A stretch of 64,000 nt of DNA from Blastocystis sp. Blastoise. Lineage: Eukaryota > Protista > Bigyra: Opalinata. A program made the translations under genes and the position numbers. Under the pieces are notes generated by a model that had not been told where the DNA came from, did not search any database, and saw nothing but the letters and a program-made list of their open reading frames with translations. Every line of letters begins with the position of its first letter. Within the stretch, counting starts at the first letter, position 1. Shown piece after piece: positions 32,801 through 48,039 of this stretch. The stretch covers positions 1,488,001 to 1,552,000 of the forward strand of contig JBBPEB010000014.1 in assembly GCA_039096225.1 (NCBI GenBank). The letters are read 5' to 3'.

Positions 32801-35800
32801 CAGAAAGTGGTTGAGAACGTAAAGAAGCTATGTTTGATACATTCATCATATTCTCTTTAAAATTTTTCTTTAATTGATCATTCATTTCATTCAAAAGTAC
32901 TTCAGGAAGACTTTCATCTTGTATTAAGCCATCAGATTGTATATGGAATAAAAATAAATGCTGAAGATTTGTTGTAAAGAAACTAGTAATTTCAGGTAAA
33001 TCAGTTAATAATTGTTCAGAATAACCATCAGATAATATAAAGAATGATTGACTTAGAAGATCTTTAGAAGGTTGTTCAAAAGCAAATAAATCTAATGGTG
33101 TTGAGGGTATCTTTTTCACTTTTTCTAAATCATAAATAATAGAAATCTTTTCATATAAATTATCTTTTGTTGGTATTAATTTAAATGCTTGTAAACGACC
33201 TCCTGTACAATATAGAGAAGTTGGTATACCTAAACAATCACAAATAAGTAATAATAAACAACCTATAGTACTTCGTAATCTAGATTTATTCACTTTATGA
33301 CTTACATTCACATCAAATATCAAGTTCACTCGAGGAATATATTGATTTTCTCTCTTTTTACTCTTACGTATACTATTCACATAATATGATAATATACCTT
33401 GATAATTAACTAATATAAACTCTATAAGATCTTTATTGTTATTATTAGCTTCTATATTAATTTGTTTCAAATGATCTTCATTTGTTGGTGTTATTTGAAC
33501 TAAATCTAATATTCTTCCTCGAGACTTTACATATTTAAATAAATTAGATAAAGACATAGATCTAAACTCTTGTAATATCTTCTCAATATTATCTCTTTTA
33601 ATTTCAAATTGTTTACGATCTTCTTCTTGTTCTTCAGCATTTAAATCAGCATCTATAGAAATAGTTGTAACAGTTGATTCTATATTATCTTTATCTTGAT
33701 TATTTTTAATATCATTTAGATTAATATTACCACCATCACCTATAGAATTAAGATATTTTGGCATAGAATCAACATTAGAATCTATTACTTTCTTTTCATA
33801 TTTAAATTCTTTTATATATCTATTTAAAATATTTTCTATAGAAGGAGAAGATTCATTCATTTGATAAATAGATTCTTTACAATTAAACCATACTAATTTA
33901 TATATATTATTAAATACACATAAACTCTTTTCAGCATAATAATAAATAGTTGAGAAATAATTATCTTTATGACTTACTATATACTTTAATAAAGTATATA
34001 TCTTATTTATATCATCACTATGTTCATAATCAAATAAACAATAAGGAGATTGTTGAATAGCATTTACATATTGAACAATATCATTATTACATAAATTATC
34101 TAATAATGAACTACAAGTGAATTCTAATTGTGTTTCTTGAGTTATTCTATTACCTTCTGCTTTTGGTTCTTCAAATATATGTATAACATTATTAGAATCA
34201 ATATAAAACTCATTATGTGGATCTTTAATATCTATATCATAAAGAATTATAAATTCGGTATTAAATACTTTCTTGTCACCCTTAGTTCCTGGACGATAAT
34301 AATATGGTTTACCATTCATCATTAATTTCAGATATGGATCAGATACACTAAAGTAACTTTTTCCATCTTTATGACATTCGCAAAAACATTTCTGTTTTGT
34401 ATAAAAATATCTATTTTGACGTTCTACTGGAGCAATACAATTAATAACTGTATCTTTATGTTGTTTGCTTCCATTATCTTGATCTATATATTGAACACAT
34501 AATACTAATGTGAACTCAAGTTTATCTTTTTTATCTATATCATATTCATCAGAAAATTGTATTTTTATTCCAGAAGAAACATTTTCAATAAGAATAGAAC
34601 TATCATTACATTTACATATATATTCATATTTCATAGGATTTATAATAGGTATTAATAATATTGGTTTATTATATGAATAAATATAAGTAGGTAAATGTAA
34701 AACATTATTATTATTCTCACTAGCTACAATTATTTGAGGAACAGATTCTAAAGATAATATATTAATACAATTCTCAAATTCTGGACTCTTTGTATATTTT
34801 AAGTAGTTCTCAGATCGTTTATCAATATTATATTTATTTACAAATATACGAGAACTTAATAAATGTTTATTTGTAGCATTAATATCTTTTTCTATTGTTT
34901 TAAGTTCTTTTTCTATTTCAAGCTTAGTTTTATATTTCTCATCATATTCCTTTACAATATTATTAATACGAATACTTATGTCTCGAAGATTCTTTACATA
35001 TTCATTATCATCACCTAATTCAAATACAGTATATGAATTTAGTTCATCTCTATTTATATCTCTATTTATACGATATAATTCTTCTTCAATATAATATTTA
35101 TATTCAGGTTCAGGGTCCATAGAATAACAAGGTATTTCAAAAGATTTACAATCCGATTTAAAGTAAAAAGGTAATACATAACAAGAAGAAGAAGAAGAAG
35201 AAGAATCAAAAGAAATATCATAACGATCATTAATATCATTAGTTGTATCATATTTATAAAGCAGAATAGTATTTTTTGTTTGTTTACTAAAATCAGAATA
35301 AGATTGTTCACGATACAATAATGTTTCTTCAATAACAGAAAATGCTTCAATTCTAAATGATTTAGAAATATTATATAATACATGGCTTTCTTTCATTATA
35401 ATACATAAAGAATCTAAGAGATAATTACATAATAATAATTGTTCATCTTCAAAAGAATCATGTCTAAATAAATCAGGAAGACTAACATAACGATATTCAA
35501 TAGTTACATCATTCTCAATTCTAGTTCTATTAATAATAACATTATAAGTAGAGAATGGAAGAGGAATAAATGAAGAATACATAGTCTTCTCTGATGATGG
35601 TTTTGATTCAATTTTAAGTGAATGAGGTTTAAAAGTAATTGGTGCAGGTTTTACTTGATTATTGACTAATTGGAACTCAATAGAAATATCTCTACAAGTA
35701 GAAGGATATGTAATAAAAGCTACTTTAATAAATTGATTAGAAATAGGTTCTTCCTTTAAGAAATAACGAGATGAACGACTATCAATTAATTCTTGAGCTT

Positions 35801-38800
35801 TTTCTTGTAATTCTTTTGGTATGAAATAACGTATAGTATTAATAGAATTAATAAATGTATTCCAACTATAATGATATAATTGTGTTAAATACCATTCTTT
35901 TATATTATCAATATTCAAATTATATTTATTATTAAGTTTTTCTAAAACTGAATCAATTTCTTTGTTAAATTTATTTTTCTCATCATTATATTGAGATTCT
36001 AATTCATCACATTCATTATTTATATTTTGTAATTTTTCATTTTCTTTATTTTTTTTATCATATAATTCATTAAGTTTAGTTTTATCTAATTTTTCTATTT
36101 TATTAAATATATCATTAATTGTAATATTTTCTGAATCAGATATACTTTTAGCAGCATCTTCAGCAAATCCTGAATAGGAACTACAAACAAGAATTTCAAT
36201 TAATAATGTAGACACAGGTGTATAGAATGCAGGGAATAATAATTGATATTTATCACGAATATTTAATTTAGAATCAATAATATATTGATCAAACGGTATT
36301 ATCTCTTGATTACTCATATTCTTTAATATTCCATAATAAATACATAAATCATTTGATGGAATTATCATATTATGATGATGATGATGCAAGAATCGAATAT
36401 AATTCATATTATTAATAGTACATTTATCATTTATATCTAATTCACATTGAATACTATAATTTATTGGTAATGATTTAATAGAATTAACATAATAACAATT
36501 CAATAATTCTTCTTTAGGATCTTCAATGCAACTTAATAATTCATATGGATAAGATAATATAAGAACAGGATAATAATCATAAAGTTGAACTTGTATACTC
36601 ATTGTACTAAATAATGTTTTAAATAATTCTTCAAGTGTTGATATATCTGATATTTCTGTATTACTAATACCATATAAGCCATGATGACAGCAATTCAATA
36701 ATGCAATACGTAATTGTTCAACATCAACTTTTTTATGAATATATATATCCTTTACACAAATTATTTCTAATAATTGTGGAGATAAAATAATATATTGTGC
36801 TAAACCACAATATATATTCATAAAGAAATTAATAATTATTTTAATATCTTTAATGCAATCAGTAATAAATAATATATTCTTAGCAATATCTTCAATCTTC
36901 ATATTTATATAAGGTAATATTCCATATATATTTCTAAAAATAGAATTAGGATTCAATTCTATTCGATTTATATCAACCATGAAATGACTTAATCGTATAT
37001 ATTCTTTATAATAAGGCATTTCTATCTTCTTATAGTCTACAAGAATATCTATAGGCTTCTCAGTACTTATTAATAAATCAGAATTATCCTTTGAAAATAA
37101 TTGTTTAAACAATTGTTGAACTTCTTCAAGCATATTATTATTAGTATTATCGTCTAACAAATCACCTATACCTATATAAGATTCTCTTATATAGCAAATC
37201 TTTTTATATTTTCTTTGAGTTTCTTCTATTTCTTCATCTAATTCTTCAAATAACGGCATATATTGTTTAATTTTATTCTGGTGACTTGAAAGAAAATTAG
37301 AAGCTTCAAAAGAAAGCTGATATAATTTTTTAGCTTCTGAATTATCATTAGTAACATCTTGATAATAATCATCTAATGCTTCACATTTCTTCTTTATATC
37401 AAATAATTCTTTCAAAAATAAATCTATATTCTCATCAGCAACTTCTTCAAGCTTTAAATCTAAAGCTTCTAAAACATTATGAAATTCTTCAAAAGATATT
37501 GTAGAAAGAAAACTATCATATTTACCAGTAACATAAGCAAAATAAAAACGATCAATCTCATTAGATATTTCAAAATAATCAAATGGATTAGAAGGAGAAA
37601 AATATGTATTTATGGTTTTATTAATAGGTATAGACATAATTGGCTCATAATATTTATCACTAAATCTTAACCATCTTAATAAAAATTTATATTCTTCTGC
37701 ATGTGCAGATAAAATATAAGGATCAAAACCAAATTTATTATATACATGATTATATATATAATTAAGTGGATAATATAATATACTACGTATCCATAATCGT
37801 AAAGAATTCTTTATTATTTGTATATCTTCATTTGAAAAGATATGAATATTGTGTTTAAGACATTCTACAATCAATGGACCAAATATCTTTTCATTCTCAG
37901 GACTATATCCCTTTTGAATCATATCAATAAATTTATTTGTAAAAACATTATATTCTTCACTATTCTTAAGTTGTCTATCTCTTTCATTTCTTTGTAAAGA
38001 ATTAAAAAATTCTAGTTTATTAATATCTTCAATAGATTCGTCTGAATCTAATATACGAATTAATTTTCTTGTTGATAATCCTTTTATTTCACTATTATTA
38101 TTATTATCTATACTTTTTGGAATAAAATCACCAATTGGTTTATTAGAATTATTTTTTAAATCACATAATTCACATATATTTTTATATGTAGATAATGATT
38201 CTGCATATAATAATATACATCTACTTTGAAGAGGTGCAGGTATAGATACAATGGAATTTGATGATAAGGTTAATATAATACGGAAATCAGGATGTATATA
38301 TTTAACACATTCATTATTACTATCAGAATCTTTAGAATTTGATTTAACTTTATATAATAAAGGATTTATTATATTTTCAATAACATTTAATGTAGGTTGT
38401 TCTTCTAAAAGTGAATTCAAACGTTCTAAAACATCTCCTGAAGCAAATTGAATACCATCAATATTAATCCAATAACCTTTTTCCATAGCTGTTAATAAAG
38501 GTCCTTCTCGGAATACTAAAATACTATTCTTATTATTATCTGAGATATTATTATTATTATTATTATTATTATCAATATCAATAGTATTGTCTTCTTCTTC
38601 TTCTAGATTACTACGCTCCATTCTACCAATAAGAATCGATGAATCACTTTCATTATTAAGAGGAACAATAAGTAATTTCTTACCCATTATTTTAGCCATA
38701 TTTGTAAGTACATGTGTCTTTCCTGAAGGAGATGGACCATAAATTAATATACCTCGTTTACTATAATAAGCAATAGATAATTGAGATAATAATCTCATTT

Positions 38801-41800
38801 CTGAATTTGTTAATAAAAGAGATGAAGATCTGTCAATACATTCTATAGAAGTAATAAATGTACTTTCTAATTGTAAATAGCTTTTATTATTTTTTTTATC
38901 TTCATAAATAGAATATTGAATAATATCTGATAAATATAAACCAAGTGATTTCTCAAGAGATTCACGATCTTCAGGTAAATATTTACATATAATAGAAATC
39001 CATAAAGCAGCTTCTATAGGAATAGGATTCTTACTAATCTTTGCTGATTGATATATCATTGATTTAGCCTTTAATATATCACGAAATGAAAAATTGATAC
39101 GTGTTTCCTTACTTTTATTAATCGCATTAGAAACTAATGAATTTATATGTGACTTTAAATATTCTTTATAACTAACAATATCAGTATTACTATTTTTAGA
39201 TATATTATTATTATCATTATATTTATTTAAATATTCATTGGTATATATATCTTTAATACATTTATTAAAAATCTTATTACTTAATCTTGCTAATTCATGA
39301 GATTCAAAATCTAGATTACGGAAATAAAAACTCTTATCAATAATAGATTTTGGTAAAATACAACGACTATTCGATATAACAGCAGGATTCTCACAAATAA
39401 CTATCAATAATCGTGGTAATTCAATTTCTCTATCTCCTGGAATATAAAAACTACCTCTTTTACTAGCTTGTGTAATTAAAGTTGATATAGTATCTAATAA
39501 TTCAGGAGAAGCAACATTTAATTCATCGAATAATATTCCTATTGTATATTCACCTTTATATAATCTATATTTCTTATTATTATTATATTTATCAATAATA
39601 TTTGAATCATTAGGATCGAATATATAATAGCCTTTATCATCCATAACTATACATTTATCTTTACCTTTTAATAAGAAACTTAATTCACTATCTTTAAATT
39701 GAATACTATCATTAGAAGAAGGCGATAAAGAACCAAATACATTTCCAATATCTATATTTCGAGAAAAATTTTGGCGAATATAAGGAATATTTAACTCTTC
39801 AAATATACGAATAGCTAAATCAGATTTACCAATACCTGGTGCTCCTTCTAATATTATTGAACAATAATCAGTTTTCAATTCTTTATTATCAATTATCTTT
39901 TTAATGTCTTGAGTATTTTCTGTTTCAAGTGAATTTGTATTAGAACTAGAATTAGAATTCGATTTATTACTCTCTTTAGAACATACTATCTCTTTTACTA
40001 ATAATAATGAAATAATCATATGTATTGTTGTAATAGATAAACATAAATTATTGTTACTATCAATATCACGTATTCTTTGTATTTTCTGTATAAATCTTTC
40101 ATGATTAGAATCCTCTTTAAATATTTTGTTAGTCAAACCTAATAATTTATTCTCATCATTATAGTCTATTGTTTGAGGATAAGTGAATAATTCCTTCATA
40201 TCATCACTACATTGACATGTTTTCAATAATTCACATCTTTCCTTTTCTGTACCTGAAATATATTTTAAATAAAAATAAGCATCTATTTCATTAAAAAAAA
40301 GATGAGAAACAGCATTAAATTTATTTTTGAATATTAAAGATTCTTTTTCTAATAATTTATTATTATTATTATTATCATTATGAGATAAATTATAATCAGA
40401 ACAAGGTAAATAAATAAAATAATTATGAAGATCTATTCCACCAAAATTATCTTTTTCAATAGTAGCAATAAATCGACAATTCTGAAGATTTACTTGATAT
40501 CCTCTATCAGATTCATGTAATAAGAAAGAATAACCACTTAAATAACTATCAAATAAAGAATTTAATCGAGGAATAACATTATCATTCAATAATTCAAAAT
40601 GATTTAATAATAAAGCTTTCTCTTTAAATATACTTAAAGTAATTTGACCAGGTTTAAAAATCATACTTGTATCTGCTTTTTCGGATGAACATTGTTCAAT
40701 ATCTTTAATCCAGTCTTTTAATGCTGTATATTTATCATCTTTTGAATGAATATTAATATTAGATTCATTCATTTCATTGATTATTCTATCATATAATGAT
40801 TGAATATCTTTCTTACTATAAATAGTAGATAATCCAATTAAATAATCACATTCTAAAGATCTTGATAATTCAATAGTATCCATATTATTCTGTAGTATAT
40901 CTATAAATTGATCTTTTGATTCAGATCCACCAATAAGAATAGGAGGAATTGTACTTAAACTTTGAAGAATATAATAACGAAATAAAGAATCATAACACCA
41001 TTGACAAGTAGATAAATTAATTCTATCAGGAATATCTACTTCAAAAATAGAATTTGTTAATTTATTTTGTTTTGTTACTTGACCAATTTCATAATTTACA
41101 AATTTCATAATTTTCTTTTTCATATCTTCAATTTCAATATCTGAAGGTTTATAATTATCATTATGTGTTTTAAAACAATGAGTAGCAATAGCAATTAAAA
41201 ATATAGAATTCATATGTAGAAAAGAAGAAGGTTGATATAAACATACAATACCAGCCATATATTCATTAGATTGATCAAAAGAGACATTACGACAATAACG
41301 TTGATAGATTTCATAATATATTAATAACTGTTGAATGGAAATAGATTCATAACGATATAATCGACATAAAAGAGGATGATGAAGAATTAATTCTATTTCT
41401 GATTGTGTATATAAATCTACATATACTCTTTGAATATAAGAAGGTAAATCATGATGAATCTTATTTTGTTGATAAGATTTAAATACATATATTAATCTGA
41501 AATTACTAGAAATATCATATTTTTTACCTAAATAAACAACAGATGTTGCTAAAGGATCAATAAATTGTTGAATAGATTCAATTAATTCTTCAGATAAATA
41601 ATGAGCATTCTCTAATATTAATATAGTTCCTTTTTCTAAAGCTTCTAATAAAGGTCCTCGTTTAAATCCTGCACCTTTAGAAATTGATTCTTTTGAAGAA
41701 CTTGAAGAAAATGTATAACTACCTATTAATTGACTTATATCTGTATCTGGAGTTAAGAAAATTGTTTTATGATGTTCTATTAATCCAGTATTCTTTAGTA

Positions 41801-44800
41801 CATTCAAAAGAAGATGTGTTTTACCTGTAGATTTCAATCCAATTAAACTAGTTGTTCTATGCTCACAAATAGAACTAAATAATTCATTACATTTATCACA
41901 ACGAGTAGAAGGAACATAATTATCTAATATTGATAAATGTTTGCCTTTTGAAGTACAATAATCTTCAATTAATTGTTCTTTCTGTTCAAATGATAATTCA
42001 CACATTTCAGATATGAAATCTAAGCTAATATAATATTTCTTCTTATCAAAGAAATCAAATTGAGAATCGATGAATTGTTTCATATTTATATATAAATTCT
42101 TTTCATTTTCATCATTTATATTCTCAATTACACTTGTAGAAATATTATTAAAATAATCTTTTGGTTCTTTATATAAAGTACAACGCTTTTCATTAAGCAT
42201 ATCATCACTAATACATAAATGTATATATCGGTTATTAAGAGCAGGAGAGAAATGACTAAGATCATTAACAGAACAAGTAGCAAGAATACGGAATAATGGA
42301 TCTACAATAAGATCTCTATTACATTGTCGTTCATCAAAACGAACACTAATAGGCTCAATCTTATCATTACTATCATTTAATACAGGATATTCTACTTCTA
42401 ATAAATTATTTAATCTTTCAAAAGAATTAGAATTCATTAATCCTATATTTTGTATAACACATATATCACCTTCATCAGCAGCTTTTAATAATTCTGAATC
42501 TACCCATTGAGGTATATATTTATGACTATTAATATCTTCTTCTAATTTAGAAGAACCAATTAAATTTCCAGCTGTAATACCTTTAGAACAATATAAAGTT
42601 CTATATACACTAGAATAACGTAATTTAATATCATTATTATTGTTATTAATATTACCATATATTTGTTGACGATGATATAAGAATGCATATACATATTTAC
42701 GAGCAACATATTCATCAGAAGCACATACTATTACATGACTACCACTATTTAAAGCAATATCTAATTGTTTACCTATATATTGGAATACAATAAGATCTAA
42801 AGGTTCACCAGGATAATCTAAGTCTCTTTCAGCATCACTGAATCCATCTGAATTCTTTGATCTTGTAGATTGATCGATTTGAAGAAGTTGTTCCATTAAT
42901 TGTTTACGATTAAATCCTTGTGTATAATGAGTATTATATACTATTGGCCATATATCATCATAATCAATTCTTAATCTCATCATAGAAATAGCTCTATTAG
43001 CATCTCGAATTGTATAATACTTATTAATAATTCGTTTTCCAGTATCAAGAACAGCTTCATTATGTATTTGTAATAATTGACTTTCAAATTCATCATTTCC
43101 AATATTCTTTTTCTCAATAAACTGTTGAATTTCTTTTTGAGATATAGGAGGAAATACTTCTTCATTTAATACTCTGAAATAACCACGAATATCTGTATTT
43201 AAACTATCTCTTTTATATTCAGATCCAGCAGGATTTTGTGTAGCTATAATACGGAAATAAGGATTCATTTCTCTTATTTCATATTGTTCCATATTATCAA
43301 TAAAGATTTGTTTAGAATCTAAGAAAGATAAGATTGATTGAACAATAGATTGAGGAGCTAAAGACAATTCATCTAATAATAATATACCCCCATGAATAAA
43401 TGCTTCTGTAAAAGCACCAGATTTAAATACAAGAACATGATGTTTATTATTTGTTTGTAAAGTAATTTCACCAATTAAATCTTCAGGAGAAGAAGTTTGA
43501 GAGAAATTATAACGAATGACACGAATACCACTTCTTTTACTTACATATTCTACGCTATAAGTTTTACCACAAGATGTAGGTCCTTCAATTAATAATGGAA
43601 TATTATGTTGAATAGCTTGTTCAATATGAGAAACACGTTGTTCAGATTCAGGAGTTGAAATAAATGTATTCTTTCGATTCATAAGATTAATAGATCGATA
43701 AGGATGTATAGTATAAGAGTGATCTTTTATAATATAATTTAATGTATTCTCTATGGAATGAACAATCACATAATCAGCAGTAATTCTTAATAGACCTATT
43801 TCTTCTATAAATACACTTAATCCTTTATAATGAGGTTCTTTCTTTCCATCTTGATCACTAGTATAATGAACAGGATCGTTAGGACGAATACAGAAGAAAT
43901 TAATAGTTTGATTATCTAGATAATTCATATCTAATTCTATATTTTTAAGTAAAGGAAGATAGAAATAAACTTCATTTTCAGTTGATTGATAACTAAAATT
44001 AATATAATCACCAAGAGATAGTGTATCTAATCCATTATATAAAGCACAAGGAAGAGATAGAATAGAAGTACGTTTATCATTATTTTGAGTTGATGGTTCT
44101 TCATGTAATGTATGTAATATAAGGTTATTTGGAGTAATAAGTGCAGGAGATTGAGTATTTAAATCAAAAGCAAGATAGCAAGGTGCATAAGGGGTATATC
44201 CATAAGGAGAAGGATGATTTTCTTTAGTAGAGAAATACGAAGAAGGATCTGCAAGAGTATGAGGTATAGTATTATCTATATATATAGATATATAGTGAGT
44301 AATAATTTGAATAATGAAATTTATATTACATTAATTAATTATATATATATACGAAACTTATATTCTGGTTTTTCAAAGGATTCAAGATTAGATTCATCAT
44401 ATATTAATTTATTTCCATTAAACTATATAGATAATATATAATAAATATTTATAGAGAATAAATATACAGAGAAACGTTGTAGTTCTTCAGGAGTAGCATG
44501 ATCATTAATATATTTTTTATATAAATAAGTAAAGAATTGTAGATATTCTTGATTTTTCATATTCAGTTCTTCACAATTAATAGAAAAACTCTGTAATGAA
44601 ATAAGTTTAGTATAGAGTTCAGGAAGACTGAAAAACTCACATAATTCATCTTTATAACAAGATACTATATATAAAGATATATAAAGATATATAAAGATAT
44701 ATATACCTTGTAGACACATTTTAGAAGGAATAATAACTAAAGTATTATCTTTATAGGAACAAGTATATTCAAGTCTATTCACAGAACGATCTATATTTTA

Positions 44801-46902
44801 TATTTATTATATTTATTATATTTATTATATTTATTATATTTATATTTATTATATTTATTATATTTTATACCATCAATAATGATTTCTGTGACTGTAGAAA
44901 GATAATCCTGTTGAAATAATGAAATATCAGCAAAATGATTCGAAACATCAGGAAGATCAACTATATATATATAATGATAATGATAATAATAACAAAATAA
45001 TTACAGTAGAGACAAATATTGATATTATTCTTTATTAATTCAGAATATTCTTCATCTGATGATAGATTCCTATTATTCTCAAAAAACTTATCTTCAGAGA
45101 TACCTATAGAAATAAAAATATGGTTAAATATAACAATAATTGTATTTACTTTACAAATATCTATTTATTAAATAATAACTTATATATATACTACGTTTAA
45201 TGATAAACTTTTGATCACAAAAAACATCAGGAGCTTTATTTAACTATATATAAATAAAGAATATTAAATTATTTAGCTATATATATATATATATACATTA
45301 AGAACAGAAAAATATAATTCTTTAATTTGATCTTGCTTAATAGAATCAATATTTTCAGGAGTAAGTTCATTATTATTGTATAGAATATATATAGTATCAC
45401 CATATTGTTTCTATTATTTATATTAATCAAATAAACATTTTATATATATATACTTTTAAGAAATCTATGAATGTTTTATAATAATAATATTTTGTAAAAT
45501 TTTCGTATATAGTGATTTTACGAGTATTTAATTCATTAATATAAATAGTTTTAGGGGACTTTTTCTATATATATATATATAATACTATAAAAATATACAG
45601 ATAAATAATCAGTAATTTGTTGTTTTAAAGAATCAATATTGTTTCTATATATATATAGTATAGTATAATAAATAGAATTTTATATTATGTATATACTTAA
45701 CATCTTCTTCGAATTTATCTACTATATATATTATAGTATTAGTATTATTGAGAAGAATAAATAAAAAAGAAAACTTATAAATCAAATAGAAATATATATA
45801 TATATATATACAATTAACATGAAAACCAAGATTATTTAAATAAGTATTAAGATTATTATTCTTTATATAATCTATAATCTTATTCATAGAATATATTTTA
45901 TTTAATGTTTCTTGAATAGTCTCTTCACTATATTCTTGTAATAATAAATTCATTTCATTTTCTATAGTTTTCATATTATTGTTCATACATAATTTAATTA
46001 ATATTATTTCAAGACTCTCCTGGTTTTTCAAGCATTCTTTAACTATTTCAATTTTAGTATTTTCATTTTTATCCGAATTATCCACAGGAGATACTATATA
46101 TATTAATATATAAACAATAAGTTACTATTTATATATATATATTTACATTGAGAATCTTCAGAAGGATTCTTATTTGAAGAAGAAGGACTAGAATTATTCT
46201 ATATATATACTTATAATAGTATAGACACATTATACATAATAATTATAATATATATATTTATAATAGTATAGACACATTAAACATAATAATTATAATATAT
46301 ATATAACACTTTATTATTTTAAAGAAAATCTTTATATATATATACGTTAAATAATATAAAGAATTGTTGATAATATTTTGGAATATATTTAGAAGTAATG
46401 TTATCATAGTGAGCAATTTCTACATTAATAGTATATCCTGTTGCAAGAGATGTATTCTAAAGAAAACAAAATATAATAATAATATAAATGAAATACATAT
46501 CAATTCTATAAATAAATTAATATATACATTTGTATCATTTTCAGTTTGTTTTGAATTTAATTTCATTGAATAAAAATCTTTCATCTTTGGAAATTTCTCA
46601 AGAAAACTTTCTTCAGATATATCTAAGACAACACAAACATCATTGTTCATTTGCATTATTTTTTCAACACTAGAATCTTTGTTGATCACTTCTTGGTCTC
46701 CTTTATAAAGTGTATAACCAATATTATTGTCTTCATGTTTCCATTCCTATAATAAATATTATTATAATGTATATGAATGAATTACTATGCATCTGTGTAA
46801 GAATTCTGTAGCTGTTTCATTAAAATTTATTTCTCTCAATGCACATTTTCTTTTAATTATCTTATTATCACAAGAGAATCGATATCTCACTTGAACACTC
46901 AT
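29835..46902 (-). CDS. Giant midasin/dynein-related AAA+ protein (six AAA modules, then three vWA-like domains and a GATase-like domain); intron-rich 5' part plus one ~14.4 kb terminal exon
   Basis: The 4697-aa ORF 29835-43928 stays open upstream to ~44224 and is preceded by same-strand GT-AG exons up to ATG 46902 (MSVQVRYRF...). Walker A motifs GPTSCGKT, GLKSTGKT, GAPGIGKS, GPSPSGKT plus two degenerate modules; LLLDELSLA...FRIIATQNP. Joining of the 5' exons is less certain than the large exon. Confidence 0.8.
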
Positions 46903-47580
46903 TCATATAAATACTGTTTGGAAAAACTAAATAAGAAATCAGTATTTAAAAAAGAAATATCTAAGACAAACTAAAAGATAATGTGTCATAAACAGTCTTT
47001 TTTTTTCTTTTTTTAACGAGAAAGAATAAAAATGAAATTTATTTGGGAATTTATTGGAAACAACACACAAATCACTTCATTCCCTTTAAGAAAAACAGAA
47101 ATTTTTTAGAATTCTAGTAATTGATTATTCCCATTTTATAATTGATATATATAGAAATAGTATTTATTTTTTATGTATTTTATATCAAATAGCTATTATA
47201 CATTCATTCCTAACTCAATCTACTCTCAATACAGAACTCAATCACTTTGATTACAGATTATCTACTCTCTATATCCTAGATTTTATTTAACATCATAATA
47301 ATAAATATAAATCTATATATAGAATCATTTAATTCTTATTTTTATTCAAAACATATTTCAATTTTCTATTTTATTATATATGTTAGTCGTATTTATTTTA
47401 TTTATATATTAAAATTAATATAATAGCTTTTTATATTGATTCAAGAGAATAATTTAGAAAAATATAAATATAAAAATGATTTTAGAAAAAAAAAATTATT
47501 TATTAATATAGAACATGTATTTATTTGAAAAACAAACAGCAGAAACAAAACCAAATCAATTATCAATAATGATTATTTTG

Positions 47581-48039
47581 TTATAGGAAGAATTTATCGT
47601 TTTTATAATGTAAAAAGGGTTCTTTAAGTAATAATTCATTACAAAGTCTGGCGTCTTCATGCATGGTTTGTTTTAATTCATTAAATGAAGCAAACTTATA
47701 CTCACTTCTATCGAATCCACATACAAGAACTCTTAATTCTTCATCATAAAAATCAAAATCAAAAGTATGTATTAAATACACTTCAATTGTAACATGCTCA
47801 TTATTGAATGAAGGATTATTACCAATATTAATAACAGAAGGATATACTTGTGTACGAAGTGATGTCCACCCAAAGTAAACACCGGTTTGGGGTTTTTCTG
47901 ATTTTTCAAGTAAAGAATCATAACTTAAATTGGCAGTAGGCATTTGAAGCATTGTGGATCCTCTTCGGAATCCATGAGCAACTATTCCTTTTACATAAAA
48001 CGGAGTAATTTCTTTCAATGAACGAACAAGACCACTCAT
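47581..48039 (-). CDS. RFK: Riboflavin kinase, intronless
   Basis: GFRRGS..L.MPTANL, GVYFGW, VINIGNNPSF, TIEVYLIH.F..DFY.E.L motifs. Confidence 0.95.
   Translation of the reverse strand: MSGLVRSLKEITPFYVKGIVAHGFRRGSTMLQMPTANLSYDSLLEKSEKPQTGVYFGWTSLRTQVYPSVINIGNNPSFNNEHVTIEVYLIHTFDFDFYDEELRVLVCGFDRSEYKFASFNELKQTMHEDARLCNELLLKEPFLHYKNDKFFL

Noticed and set aside
29835-43928. Calling the giant ORF the MDN1/Rea1 orthologue or a dynein heavy chain
   Set aside because: It lacks the D/E-rich tether and single terminal MIDAS of midasin and the tail/stalk organisation of dynein, and it has extra C-terminal domains.
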